A stretch of 64,000 nucleotides of DNA from positions 8,971 through 72,970 of the forward strand of contig JBAXNW010000011.1 in NCBI GenBank assembly GCA_037133555.1. Direction: 5' to 3'. How positions within the stretch are numbered: position 1 is the first letter of the stretch; the number at the start of each line of letters is the position of its first letter. The stretch comes from Bacteroidota bacterium. Its GTDB lineage: Bacteria; Bacteroidota; Bacteroidia; Bacteroidales; JACABE01. This document shows, one piece after another, positions 1-9,977 of this stretch. The position numbers and the translations under genes were made by a program. Below the pieces are notes generated by a model, which saw only the letters and a program-made list of their open reading frames with translations, was not told where the DNA came from and made no database searches.

Positions 1-960
1 CGATCCATCGAAGGCATTCCTTCTATTTTGTCAGGGATACCTACTTTGATGAATGAAGCTTATATTACTTCCATGTATGCAGCTAATAAAATTAACAGTA
101 TTGCAAGTTTGTTGAAAGCCAAGGGGTATAATACTTCTTTCTTTCATGGAGGCACCAATGGAAGCATGGGATTTGATTCCTTTACTAAATTAGCTGGGTT
201 TGAAACCTATTATGGAAGAACTCAATATAATAACGAAAAAGACTATGACGGAAAATGGGGGATAGTGGATGAAGCTTTTCTACAAAACTATGCCAAACAA
301 TTAAATACAACACAACAACCTTTTTTGTCATCTGTTTTCACACTCTCATCCCATCATCCTTATACTGTACCCGAAAAATACAAAGGAAAGTTTAAAAAAG
401 GACATCTCGAGATTCAGGAAAGTATTATGTATGCTGATTATTCATTGAAGAGATTCTTTGAAACCGCCAGCAAAATGGCCTGGTTTGACAGTACTTTGTT
501 TGTGATTACGGCCGATCATACCTCAGAAGCTTATTTAGATTATTATCAGAATAATATTGGAATGTATGCTGTGCCTATTATATTTTACATGCCGAATACT
601 AATTTAAAACTCGATCATAATCAAATCGGTCAACAAATTGATATCTTGCCATCGATTCTTGATTTCTTGAATTTTGACAAGCCTTATTTCTCTTTTGGAA
701 ATAGCGTTTTTAATGCCAAAAAACCACATTTTAATATCTCTTTCATTAATGGTGAATATCAATTGATTAAAGATGATTACGTATTAAAATTTGATGGAGA
801 AAGTGCTGTATCATTGTATCAGATTAAAAACGATTCATTACTTAAAAACAATCTCATAAATAAAGAAGTTTCAAAAAGAATTGAAATGGAAAACTTTATA
901 AAAGCTGTTATTCAGCAATACAATAATAGAGTGATAAGCAACAAATTGCAGATTGATTAA
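1..960 (+). CDS. Sulfatase-fold / LTA-synthase-like (phosphoglycerol-transferase family) protein, C-terminal part; 5' end lies outside the window
   Basis: The frame is open from nt 1 (RSIEGIPSILSG...), so the TTG at 28 is not the real start. Motifs FFHGGTNGSMGFDSF, SSHHPY and ITADHTSE are typical of alkaline-phosphatase-superfamily LtaS/sulfatase enzymes. Confidence 0.6.
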   Translation, partial: RSIEGIPSILSGIPTLMNEAYITSMYAANKINSIASLLKAKGYNTSFFHGGTNGSMGFDSFTKLAGFETYYGRTQYNNEKDYDGKWGIVDEAFLQNYAKQLNTTQQPFLSSVFTLSSHHPYTVPEKYKGKFKKGHLEIQESIMYADYSLKRFFETASKMAWFDSTLFVITADHTSEAYLDYYQNNIGMYAVPIIFYMPNTNLKLDHNQIGQQIDILPSILDFLNFDKPYFSFGNSVFNAKKPHFNISFINGEYQLIKDDYVLKFDGESAVSLYQIKNDSLLKNNLINKEVSKRIEMENFIKAVIQQYNNRVISNKLQID

Positions 961-1849
961 ATCAGGAAAATTGGAAAAACAAAAAATCGTTTTTATTATC
1001 AATCCTATTTCAGGAGTTGTTAAGCGTAAGAATGTCGGTCATCAAATTGCTTTGTATATTGACAAAGAAAAATATGATTATCAGATCATGCATACAGAAC
1101 ATGCTCAACACGCTATTAAATTAACCGAACAGGCTGTTATTGAGGGGGCTGATGTGATTGTTGCTGTTGGTGGGGATGGCTCAGTAAATGAAGTTGTGAA
1201 CGGATTAAAAGGGAGTCAGGTAAAACTTGGCATTATTCCATTGGGATCTGGTAATGGACTGGCAAGATTCCTGAAAATTCCATTTAAAATTAAAGATGCC
1301 ATAGAAGTAATTAATAGAAATAATTATTCTTCGGTTGATACGGTTAATGTGAACGACAGGATTTTTTTAAGTATTGCAGGGATAGGGTTTGATGCATTGG
1401 TTGCTAAAAGATTTGCGAAATACAACAAAAGAGGGTTTTGGTCATATTTTACGATAGCTAGCAAAGAATACAGAATGTATAGTCCCAAAAACTATCAACT
1501 TACACTTAATGGTGAGGTAATCAAGAGAAGAGCACTGATGATTGTTTTTGCCAATTCCGATCAGTTTGGATACAATACATCCATTGCGCCTCATGCAAAA
1601 ATAAATGACGGATTGATTGATGTTTGTATTGTTAAAAAAATCCCGGTTTATAAAATGCTTTTTTTTATACAGTTATTGTTTCTAAAACAGTTGTATAAAA
1701 CCAACTATCTTGAAATCATTAAAACCAAAGAAGTATTTATAGAACGTAAACGTAACAGAGTCGTAAATATTGATGGTGAAGCTGTTAAGCTTACCAAGAA
1801 CCTTCACATTTATGTTAATCATTTAGCACTAAACGTAATAATCCCTTAA
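953..1849 (+). CDS. Diacylglycerol/lipid kinase family protein (YegS/BmrU-like)
   Basis: IVFIINPISG near the N-terminus, the VAVGGDGSVNEVVNGL catalytic-domain motif, and IPLGSGNGLAR. No ATG is available. The start is TTG at 953 (8-nt overlap with the upstream stop) or TTG at 971. Confidence 0.75.
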   Translation: MIKSGKLEKQKIVFIINPISGVVKRKNVGHQIALYIDKEKYDYQIMHTEHAQHAIKLTEQAVIEGADVIVAVGGDGSVNEVVNGLKGSQVKLGIIPLGSGNGLARFLKIPFKIKDAIEVINRNNYSSVDTVNVNDRIFLSIAGIGFDALVAKRFAKYNKRGFWSYFTIASKEYRMYSPKNYQLTLNGEVIKRRALMIVFANSDQFGYNTSIAPHAKINDGLIDVCIVKKIPVYKMLFFIQLLFLKQLYKTNYLEIIKTKEVFIERKRNRVVNIDGEAVKLTKNLHIYVNHLALNVIIP

Positions 1850-1851
1850 AT

Positions 1852-2187
1852 ATGTCAAAAAAAAATAATCCTGTCGGGATTGTTTATTCTACCAATCCAG
1901 ATTTTCAATATCAGTTTGATAAAGAAGAAATTCAAGATACCTTAATCCCCAAACAACAAGACCTAAGGGTTTTATTGGACAAAAAGCAAAGGGGCGGAAA
2001 AAAAGTCACCTTGATAACCGGTTTTATAGGTAAGGAGGATGATTTGAGTGATTTGGGGAAACTGCTCAAAACCAAATGTGGTGTAGGTGGTACCGCAAAA
2101 GATGGCGAAATATTAATTCAAGGCGACTTTAAAGATAAAGTACTGGATTTATTATTGAAACTTGGGTACAAAGCTAAGAAAGTCTGA
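1852..2187 (+). CDS. yciH: SUI1/eIF1-family translation initiation factor (YciH-like)
   Basis: 111 aa. RGGKKVTLITGF ... LLKTKCGVGGT ... ILIQGD matches the SUI1 fold pattern. ATG lies 3 nt after the upstream stop. Confidence 0.7.
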   Translation: MSKKNNPVGIVYSTNPDFQYQFDKEEIQDTLIPKQQDLRVLLDKKQRGGKKVTLITGFIGKEDDLSDLGKLLKTKCGVGGTAKDGEILIQGDFKDKVLDLLLKLGYKAKKV

Positions 2188-2192
2188 TATTT

Positions 2193-2711
2193 TTACTTTT
2201 CAGTAAAACGAATCCCATCCCCTACTCTGATGTTGTATTTATCTGTAAAACCTGCATTAACCTCTAATACATACATGGCATCTTTATAGGAAGGTAAAGA
2301 TTCTTCCGACAAAGGAATCGCCGATTTTTGAATCGAAACAATTTTTTTATTCTCAGCTATATATATAATATCCAGAGAAATATATGTATTTTTCATCCAA
2401 AAGGAACGAGGTGCTTCATCTTCAAAGAAAAACAACATTCCCTGCATTTCATCCATCGACCGACGATACATCAGCCCTTTTTCACGGGAATATTCATCTT
2501 TTGCAAATTCGATGGCAATCGTATTTACTACTGAATTATCAGCGCCTTTAATAAAAGAAAGCTCAGCCTGTTTGGTAAACATTGGTTCTTCCGTTTTGGG
2601 ACTTAAAGTTTCCTGTGGGTTTTGTTTTGTTTTGTTTGTAAAATAGACAATTGCAACGATACCCATTGAAAGTACAATTGCTGCTATGATAATTAGTTGT
2701 TTCTGTTTCAT
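2193..2711 (-). CDS. DUF192-domain protein with N-terminal membrane anchor
   Basis: 172 aa. TM/signal segment LIIIAAIVLSMGIVAIVYF. GLMYRRSMDEMQGMLFFF ... FWMKNTYISLDIIY ... YVLEVNAGF matches the DUF192 pattern. Confidence 0.6.
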   Translation of the reverse strand: MKQKQLIIIAAIVLSMGIVAIVYFTNKTKQNPQETLSPKTEEPMFTKQAELSFIKGADNSVVNTIAIEFAKDEYSREKGLMYRRSMDEMQGMLFFFEDEAPRSFWMKNTYISLDIIYIAENKKIVSIQKSAIPLSEESLPSYKDAMYVLEVNAGFTDKYNIRVGDGIRFTEK

Positions 2712-2716
2712 TTTTA

Positions 2717-2754
2717 GTTATTGGTTATTGGTTATTGGTTATTAGGTAATTAGG
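2717..2754. repeat. 7-nt tandem tract (GTTATTG x3, then decaying) abutting the DUF192 start codon
   Basis: GTTATTG GTTATTG GTTATTG GTTATTA GGTAATTA GG, starting 6 nt upstream (in gene orientation) of the ATG at 2711. Confidence 0.8.
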
Positions 2755-2834
2755 TTTTTGCATTGCATGTTTCAAAATTTTCTCTTTTATTCAGATATAT
2801 GATGTGAAATAGCAAGGTAATTCGAAATTAATTT

Positions 2835-3905
2835 TTATTCATAAATCAAATCCATATAAACAGGCAAATGATCGCTGTAGCCTCCACTATACCTGGAGCC
2901 GTTATATGTCCTAAAAGGTTTTACGCCCATATAGATTTCGTCATTTTGCAATAAAAACTCCGGTTTGAAAATAAAAGCACGTGAATTTTTCACCTGCCAT
3001 TTTTTTTTACTTTTAACCAAGGCGTTTGAAACGATCATTTGATCAATCAAGCTCCATTGTTCGCGATATTTATTACTGCCGATTTTTTCAGTAGCTTTCA
3101 ATTTACACATCAGATTGAACAAATCTCCTGAATGAATATCACTACTATCACATTTTGCTTTCAAATATTTCGTCATGCATTCATCCAAAGGTTCATCATT
3201 AAAATCGCCCATAACAATGACATTCGCATTAGGGTTGACATTCAACAAACTGTCGATTTTACTTCTTAAAAAGCCTGCAACATAATTCCTCTTTGGAATT
3301 GTTATCATTGCGCCCCCAAATTTGGAGGGAAAATGATTGACAAAGATATGCAAAGTATCCTTAGTAGTTGTCAAACCTTTCACATAAAGTATGTCTCTTG
3401 TTTTAGCTGTTGTATCAAAAGGAAAAACAATGCGCAAGGGTTGATGAAATACAGGAATAAATTTATCGGGACGATAGAGCAATGCCACATCAATCCCTCT
3501 GGGATCGGGCGAATCGTAATGAATGAATTTATAGTTAAATTTTCGCAATGGAGTTCCGCTGGCAATTTCGCTAACTACCCATTTGTTTTCAACTTCACAG
3601 ACACCAATAATTTCAGGGGGCTCCCATCCTCCAACACTTGCAATAACTTTGTAGATATTGTTCAGCTTGGCATTGTATTTTTCTTTACCCCAATGTTTCA
3701 TACCAAATGCTGTATAATCATCATCCTGAGTAATACTATCGTTATGCACATCGAAAAAGTTCTCTAAATTATAGAACATAATTCGCAAACCATATTTCCC
3801 ACGGATATCATCGTCAAAATCCTTAAACAAAGCATTTTCTTGAAGGTAAGCTTTCGATGGAAAAACCAAGAAAATAATTAGGCTTATGAATTTCAAAACC
3901 CTCAT
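2835..3905 (-). CDS. Secreted endonuclease/exonuclease/phosphatase (EEP) family protein
   Basis: Signal peptide MRVLKFISLIIFLVFPSKA. FYNLENFFD near the N-terminus, VMGDFND, and C-terminal YSDHLPV are characteristic EEP catalytic motifs. Confidence 0.65.
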   Translation of the reverse strand: MRVLKFISLIIFLVFPSKAYLQENALFKDFDDDIRGKYGLRIMFYNLENFFDVHNDSITQDDDYTAFGMKHWGKEKYNAKLNNIYKVIASVGGWEPPEIIGVCEVENKWVVSEIASGTPLRKFNYKFIHYDSPDPRGIDVALLYRPDKFIPVFHQPLRIVFPFDTTAKTRDILYVKGLTTTKDTLHIFVNHFPSKFGGAMITIPKRNYVAGFLRSKIDSLLNVNPNANVIVMGDFNDEPLDECMTKYLKAKCDSSDIHSGDLFNLMCKLKATEKIGSNKYREQWSLIDQMIVSNALVKSKKKWQVKNSRAFIFKPEFLLQNDEIYMGVKPFRTYNGSRYSGGYSDHLPVYMDLIYE

Positions 3906-4044
3906 ATTAAAGAATTTATATTATAATAATCAATGGATGATTTTTTTACTAAAATAAGAAATATATGAGGAAAAAGTATTTAATTTATGTGTTTATTAAA
4001 TAAAATGTAATTAATATTTTTGCAGACAAATTAATTAAAAAGAT

Positions 4045-6870
4045 TTATAAAACCTCTTTCAAATAAGGTGCTGTATAGCCTTTTTTCTGCTTTACGATTT
4101 CTTCGGGTGTACCTTCGGCTATAATATTGCCACCTTTTTGTCCACCTTCGGGGCCAATGTCGATGATATAATCAGCGACTTTAATCACATCCAGATTGTG
4201 TTCTATTACAAGGACTGTATTGCCTTTTTCAACGAGTTTATTAAGGACTTCCAGTAATACCCTGATGTCTTCAAAATGAAGACCGGTGGTAGGTTCGTCG
4301 AGGATATACAGCGTCTGGCCTGTATCTTTTTTTGAAAGTTCGGTAGCCAGTTTAATACGTTGAGCTTCTCCTCCCGAAAGGGTAGTAGATTGTTGGCCTA
4401 AAGTGATATAGCCCAATCCGACATCTTTCAAAGTCTGAATTTTAATAAGGATAGAAGGAATATTTTCAAAAAACTCAACTGCCTGGTCAATATCCATGTT
4501 CAAAACATCGTTAATGGATTTCCCTTTGAAGCGGATTTCTAAGGTCTCACGGTTGTATCGTTTACCTCCACAGGTTTCGCAAGGGACATACACATCCGGC
4601 AGAAAATTCATTTCAATGGTACGTAAACCGGCACCTCCGCAGGTCTCACACCTACCTCCTTTTACATTGAACGAAAAACGACCTGGCAAATACCCCCTTA
4701 TTTTGGAATCAGGTAAGTTGGCATACAACTTACGGATTTCATCAAAAACGCCTACATAAGTTGCAGGATTAGAACGAGGTGTTCTGCCAATGGGCGATTG
4801 ATCTATTTCAATTACTTTGTCAATATGTTTTAATCCTTCTACGGCTTTATAAGGCAATGGATTTTTATCGGAACGATAGAAATATTTGCTTAGAATTGGA
4901 TGAAGGGTTTCGTTGATCAGGCTGGATTTTCCGCTTCCTGAAACTCCCGTTACACAAACGAAGATACCTAAAGGCAATTTGAGCGTGACATTTTTTAAAT
5001 TATTACCACTCGCACCTTTTAGAATAAGAAAATTACCATTGGGTTGACGGCGGTTTAATGGGATATCAATTTTCCTAATTCCAGTAAGATAATCGCAAGT
5101 AATGGTATTGCCATGCATCATATCTTTAGGATGACCCTCTGCCACAATCTTACCACCATGTATACCTGCTCCGGGGCCAATATCTATGACATGGTCGGCA
5201 GCCAATATCATTTCTTTATCATGTTCTACTACAATTACCGAGTTGCCAATATCTCGCAAATCTTTCAACGCTTTAATCAGTCTCAGATTGTCTCTTTGAT
5301 GCAGACCAATGCTGGGCTCATCTAAAATATATAGAACGCCTACAAGTTTGGAGCCGATTTGAGTTGCCAATCGTATACGCTGTGATTCACCTCCTGATAA
5401 ACTCTTAGAGGAACGATTCAACGTAAGATAATCAATCCCGACGTCTAACAGAAAACTGATGCGAGTCTGAATTTCACGAACAATTTCGTAAGCAATTTTT
5501 TGTTTCCTTTCATCCAGAACATTATTGATATGTTCAAACCATTGATTGAGCACTATCATGTCCATATTGGAAAGTTCAGAAATATTTTTTTCGCCTATTC
5601 TGAAATGAAGTGATTCTTTTTTCAAACGACTGCCATTGCAATCAGGACAGGGAATTTTATTCATAAAATTGCTTGCCCATTTCTTAATCCCCTGAGGTGC
5701 TGAGTCGTTATTCTGGTTGCTAATAAAATTAATCACCCCTTCGAAAGTAATGGCATATGAAGTGGTAACACCTAAATAATCATTTTTAACTTTCAATACT
5801 TCATCGGAGCCATATAATATGCTGTTCATGGCTTCTTCGGGAACATCTTCAATAGGAGTATCCAGACTAAATTTATGTTTTTCGGCAATGGCTTCCAATT
5901 GTTTGAAAATCCAGCTTGTCTTATGAGCACCTATGGGTATAATTCCACCTTGATGGATGGATTTAGTTTTGTCAGGAATTATTTTATTAAAGTCCATTTC
6001 AGCGATTTCACCTAAACCATTGCAATGTGGACAAGCTCCATAAGGTGAATTGAAAGAAAAAGAATTAGGTTCAGGTTCACTGTAGGCAATTCCTGTAACA
6101 GGACACATGAGCAAGCGACTGTAATGACGCACTTCGCTGCTTTCGTTTTCCATTACCATCAACATACCTTTACCATGACGCAATGCAATCTGAACAGCCT
6201 GGGTAATGCGTTGGATAGCGTCGTTATTTACTTTAATTTTGTCGATGACCACTTCAATATCATGGATTTTGTAGCGATCAACCTGCATACCAAAGTTGAT
6301 TTCTTTAATTTCTCCATCTATACGGACTTTCAAAAAACCTTGTTTTCGCACTTGCTCAAACAAATCGCGGTAATGTCCTTTTCGTCCTTTTACCAATGGA
6401 GCCAATATAATGATGCCTTTCCCGGAATATCGTTCTTCGATAGCAGATATAATCTGAACTTCTGAATAACGAACCATTTTCTCACCACTGAGGTAAGAAT
6501 AAGCATCGGCCACTCTTGCATAGAGTAAACGCAGGAAATCATAAATTTCGGTAATGGTACCCACCGTAGAACGAGGGTTTTTTCCGGTGGTTTTTTGTTC
6601 GATAGAAATAACAGGACTTAAACCTGTAATTTCGTCAACATCAGGACGTTCCAGATTACCGATAAACTGACGGGCATAAGCTGAAAAAGTTTCCATATAA
6701 CGCCTTTGGCCTTCGGCATAAATGGTATCGAATGCCAATGACGATTTTCCACTTCCACTCAAACCGGTTATAACTACCAATTTGTCGCGTGGAATTCTAA
6801 CATCAATATTCTTTAAATTATGGGACCTTGCACCGTAAATTTCAAGGTTTTTAGCTTCGTTATCAGGCAT
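4045..6870 (-). CDS. uvrA: Excinuclease ABC subunit A
   Basis: 941 aa. Two Walker A sites ([18 protein letters not shown]), two LSGGE signatures, Zn-finger cysteines ([16 protein letters not shown]). Collinear with UvrA throughout. Confidence 0.97.
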   Translation of the reverse strand: MPDNEAKNLEIYGARSHNLKNIDVRIPRDKLVVITGLSGSGKSSLAFDTIYAEGQRRYMETFSAYARQFIGNLERPDVDEITGLSPVISIEQKTTGKNPRSTVGTITEIYDFLRLLYARVADAYSYLSGEKMVRYSEVQIISAIEERYSGKGIIILAPLVKGRKGHYRDLFEQVRKQGFLKVRIDGEIKEINFGMQVDRYKIHDIEVVIDKIKVNNDAIQRITQAVQIALRHGKGMLMVMENESSEVRHYSRLLMCPVTGIAYSEPEPNSFSFNSPYGACPHCNGLGEIAEMDFNKIIPDKTKSIHQGGIIPIGAHKTSWIFKQLEAIAEKHKFSLDTPIEDVPEEAMNSILYGSDEVLKVKNDYLGVTTSYAITFEGVINFISNQNNDSAPQGIKKWASNFMNKIPCPDCNGSRLKKESLHFRIGEKNISELSNMDMIVLNQWFEHINNVLDERKQKIAYEIVREIQTRISFLLDVGIDYLTLNRSSKSLSGGESQRIRLATQIGSKLVGVLYILDEPSIGLHQRDNLRLIKALKDLRDIGNSVIVVEHDKEMILAADHVIDIGPGAGIHGGKIVAEGHPKDMMHGNTITCDYLTGIRKIDIPLNRRQPNGNFLILKGASGNNLKNVTLKLPLGIFVCVTGVSGSGKSSLINETLHPILSKYFYRSDKNPLPYKAVEGLKHIDKVIEIDQSPIGRTPRSNPATYVGVFDEIRKLYANLPDSKIRGYLPGRFSFNVKGGRCETCGGAGLRTIEMNFLPDVYVPCETCGGKRYNRETLEIRFKGKSINDVLNMDIDQAVEFFENIPSILIKIQTLKDVGLGYITLGQQSTTLSGGEAQRIKLATELSKKDTGQTLYILDEPTTGLHFEDIRVLLEVLNKLVEKGNTVLVIEHNLDVIKVADYIIDIGPEGGQKGGNIIAEGTPEEIVKQKKGYTAPYLKEVL

Positions 6871-6895
6871 TCAAATAGTTTTTCAAAAACGGCTG

Positions 6896-6903
6896 CAAAG
6901 GTA
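6896..6903 (-). promoter_or_regulatory. Candidate -7 promoter box for uvrA (TACCTTTG on the minus strand)
   Basis: The plus strand reads CAAAGGTA, the reverse complement of the Bacteroidetes sigma-A -7 consensus TAnnTTTG. It lies ~26 nt upstream of the uvrA ATG. Confidence 0.3.
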
Positions 6904-7103
6904 GGTATTATTTATGGATTTGGTGAAGGCGTGAATAGGAGAATCGTTGTTTTTTTGATTTTTTAATAAATAATTTATTTTATAAAATTAGCTGGTTCTC
7001 ATTCATTAAGATTTTCATCCCCTATTGTTTTACCAACACTAATTATGAATTTATTTTGTCGTTTTTCAAAGACTTTTCATTTAATCCATTTAATATTTCC
7101 TAA

Positions 7104-7120
7104 TAAATTTGTAGGTTTGC
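7104..7120 (+). promoter_or_regulatory. Candidate -7 promoter boxes for recG (TAAATTTG and TAGGTTTG in tandem)
   Basis: Both octamers fit TAnnTTTG and lie 12-28 nt upstream of the recG ATG at 7132. Confidence 0.4.
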
Positions 7121-7131
7121 AATAAAAAAAA

Positions 7132-9237
7132 ATGTCTTACAGTTTTGCCGAAACAGCAATTGAATATCTAAAAGGAGTAGGTCCTAAAAGGGCTGAATTG
7201 CTTCGCAAAGAATTGAATATACGTTGTTTTGGTGATTTGTTGCAATATTACCCTTTTCGTTATATCGACAGAACCAAGTTTTATAAAGCCAGCGAAATTA
7301 CCAGTGACTTGGTGTATGTGCAGATGAAAGGAAAGATAGTTTCTACTGAAACTATTGGAAAAATGAGGAGTAGTCGGTTTATAGCCAAATTTCAAGACGA
7401 AACAGGTAGTATCGAATTGGTATGGTTTCAGGGAGTGAAATGGATCAAAGAAAAACTCAGATTGGGTGAGGAATATGTTGTGTTCGGCAAACCTTCACTT
7501 TTTAACAGAACCTACAATATTCTCCACCCAGATATAGAGTCTATTGCCGAAAGTCAGAGTGAAATCACCGAAGGCTTGTATCCATATTACAGTTCTTCCG
7601 AAAAATTAAAGGCCCTTGGTTTTACTTCAAGAGGTATCAGTAAAATTACCAAGACCTTGGTAGGTGTTGCCAAAAGTAGTATACCCGAAACTTTGACAGC
7701 TGAAATTATCAGTCAATACAAATTTATTTCAAGAGAAGAAGCCCTCATTAATATTCATTTCCCATCTAATACGGATATACTTCAAAAAGCGCAATTGCGT
7801 ATAAAATTTGAAGAATTATTTTACCTCCAGTTAAGTTTGCTGATGATGCGTCAGATTCGTTTAACCAAAATACAAGGACATCGTTTTGGCACAGTGGGTC
7901 ATTATTTCAATACTTTTTACACCCAAAACCTTCCATTTGAGCTTACCAATGCCCAAAAAAGGGTTATCAAAGAAATCCGCAACGATTTAGGTTCCGGCAA
8001 ACAGATGAACCGTTTGCTGCAGGGAGATGTGGGAAGCGGAAAAACATTGGTAGCCCTGATGTGTATGCTGATTGCAGCTGATAATAATTTTCAGTCCTGT
8101 TTGATGGTTCCTACCGAAATACTGGCCAACCAACATTTTGAAACCATCAATAGAATGCTGAATGGTATGGGTGTTAAGGTTGAATTACTTACCGGATCTA
8201 GTAAAAAAGCAAAACGCAAACTCATTGATGAAGGTTTGCAATCGTCCGAAATACATATATTAATTGGCACTCATGCTTTGATTGAAGATACTGTACAGTT
8301 TGCCAATCTGGGACTTGTAATTATCGACGAGCAGCATCGTTTTGGAGTTGAGCAACGATCGAAACTATGGGAAAAGAACGAAAGACAACCTCATATTCTT
8401 GTAATGACAGCCACTCCTATTCCCCGAACGCTGGCAATGACACTTTACGGAGATTTAGATTATTCTGCCATTGATGAGATGCCCCCTGGCAGAAAATCAG
8501 TAAAGACTTTTCATTATTTTGATTCTGCCAGACTAAAAGTATTTGGTTTTATCAAGCAACAAGTCACTGCAGGCAGACAAGTATATGTAGTATACCCACT
8601 TATAAACGAATCGGAAACCCTTGATTTAAAAGATCTGATGGATGGCTACAATAGTATAACCCGCGAATTTCCACTTCCAGAATATGCAGTAAGTATAGTG
8701 CACGGACAAATGAAGTCTGCAGTTAAAGATTTCGAAATGCAACGTTTTGTAAAAGGCGAAACACAGATTATGGTTTCTACTACCGTTATTGAGGTGGGGG
8801 TGGATGTTCCCAATGCTTCTGTTATGGTAATCGAAAACGCCGAACGTTTTGGCTTATCTCAACTCCACCAGCTCAGAGGCAGGGTCGGACGTGGTGCCGA
8901 GCAATCCTATTGTCTTCTAATGACAGGAAATAAACTGACCTCAGATGGAAAAAAACGAATAGAAACCATGGTTAGAACGACAGATGGTTTCGAAATAGCA
9001 GAAGCCGATTTAAAACTCCGTGGTCCTGGCGATATGCAGGGGACCCAGCAAAGCGGTATGCTCGACCTGCACCTGGCAGATATTGTGAAAGATGAAAACC
9101 TTATTAAAATTGCCCGTAATCAGGCCATCGATATTTTAAAAGAGGATCCTTTGCTAGAATCCTTTAAAAATCAAAAGCTAAAGGATGAACTCCTGAAAAA
9201 GAAGAAAATAAGAGGAAGTTGGGAAAAAATTAGTTGA
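7132..9237 (+). CDS. recG: ATP-dependent DNA helicase RecG
   Basis: 701 aa. Wedge-domain N-terminus, Walker A GDVGSGKT, DEQHRFG, TATPIPRT and QLRGRVGRG helicase motifs. Confidence 0.95.
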   Translation: MSYSFAETAIEYLKGVGPKRAELLRKELNIRCFGDLLQYYPFRYIDRTKFYKASEITSDLVYVQMKGKIVSTETIGKMRSSRFIAKFQDETGSIELVWFQGVKWIKEKLRLGEEYVVFGKPSLFNRTYNILHPDIESIAESQSEITEGLYPYYSSSEKLKALGFTSRGISKITKTLVGVAKSSIPETLTAEIISQYKFISREEALINIHFPSNTDILQKAQLRIKFEELFYLQLSLLMMRQIRLTKIQGHRFGTVGHYFNTFYTQNLPFELTNAQKRVIKEIRNDLGSGKQMNRLLQGDVGSGKTLVALMCMLIAADNNFQSCLMVPTEILANQHFETINRMLNGMGVKVELLTGSSKKAKRKLIDEGLQSSEIHILIGTHALIEDTVQFANLGLVIIDEQHRFGVEQRSKLWEKNERQPHILVMTATPIPRTLAMTLYGDLDYSAIDEMPPGRKSVKTFHYFDSARLKVFGFIKQQVTAGRQVYVVYPLINESETLDLKDLMDGYNSITREFPLPEYAVSIVHGQMKSAVKDFEMQRFVKGETQIMVSTTVIEVGVDVPNASVMVIENAERFGLSQLHQLRGRVGRGAEQSYCLLMTGNKLTSDGKKRIETMVRTTDGFEIAEADLKLRGPGDMQGTQQSGMLDLHLADIVKDENLIKIARNQAIDILKEDPLLESFKNQKLKDELLKKKKIRGSWEKIS

Positions 9238-9300
9238 TTGTACCTATCCTTCAATTTAAATAAAACAATATATTTATCACTTTGTCAAATTACAAACTGA

Positions 9301-9948
9301 TTATGGTGCTATCCTTTTAATTTTCCAGTTTTTTGCATCTTTACTGCAGTATTTGATACGATCGTGTAAACGGTTCTCTCTACCTTGCCAAAACTCAATC
9401 CTTCTGGGTATTACACGATATCCTCCCCAGTTTTCAGGACGTTGAATGGGTTTATCACCCTGTTTTTTTACAAATAACTGATGAAGCATTTCAATATAAT
9501 TACGGTCTGGAATAGTAGCACTTTGTTCCGAAATGCTGGCACTAACCTGACTTTCGAAAGGCCGGCTTGAAAAGTAAGCATCTGATTCTTTGGTGGATAC
9601 CTTTTGCACTTCACCTTCAATACGTACCTGACGTTCCAGCTCCTTCCAAAAGAAAACCAAGGCTACATTGGGATTTTTTTTAATATGATTCCCTTTACGG
9701 CTTTCGTAATTGGAAAAGAAAATAAAACCCTTTTCGTCAAATCCCTTTAGTAAAACAATACGTGCCGAAGGAAATCCTTTGGTAGAAATAGTAGCCAAAC
9801 ACATGGCTGTGGGCTCATCTACTTCAGCCGCTATAGCTTCATTCAGCCATTTCCCGAACTGTTTGTAAGGATTGGAATCAATATTGCTTTCGATTAATTG
9901 AAATTTTTTATAATCTTTCCTTATTTTTGCAATGTCGTCTTGCATCAT
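9301..9948 (-). CDS. pdxH: Pyridoxamine 5'-phosphate oxidase
   Basis: Collinear with E. coli PdxH (RKDY..., PTAMCLATIS, RIVLLKGFDEKGFIFFSNYESRKG, RIEFWQGRENRLHDR, C-terminal RIAP). I place the start at the ATG at 9948 (MMQDD...). The track start at 9978 is a TTG that adds 10 unmatched residues. Confidence 0.9.
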   Translation of the reverse strand: MMQDDIAKIRKDYKKFQLIESNIDSNPYKQFGKWLNEAIAAEVDEPTAMCLATISTKGFPSARIVLLKGFDEKGFIFFSNYESRKGNHIKKNPNVALVFFWKELERQVRIEGEVQKVSTKESDAYFSSRPFESQVSASISEQSATIPDRNYIEMLHQLFVKKQGDKPIQRPENWGGYRVIPRRIEFWQGRENRLHDRIKYCSKDAKNWKIKRIAP

Positions 9949-9977
9949 TTTAATTTTTTTACAAATATACGCTATCA

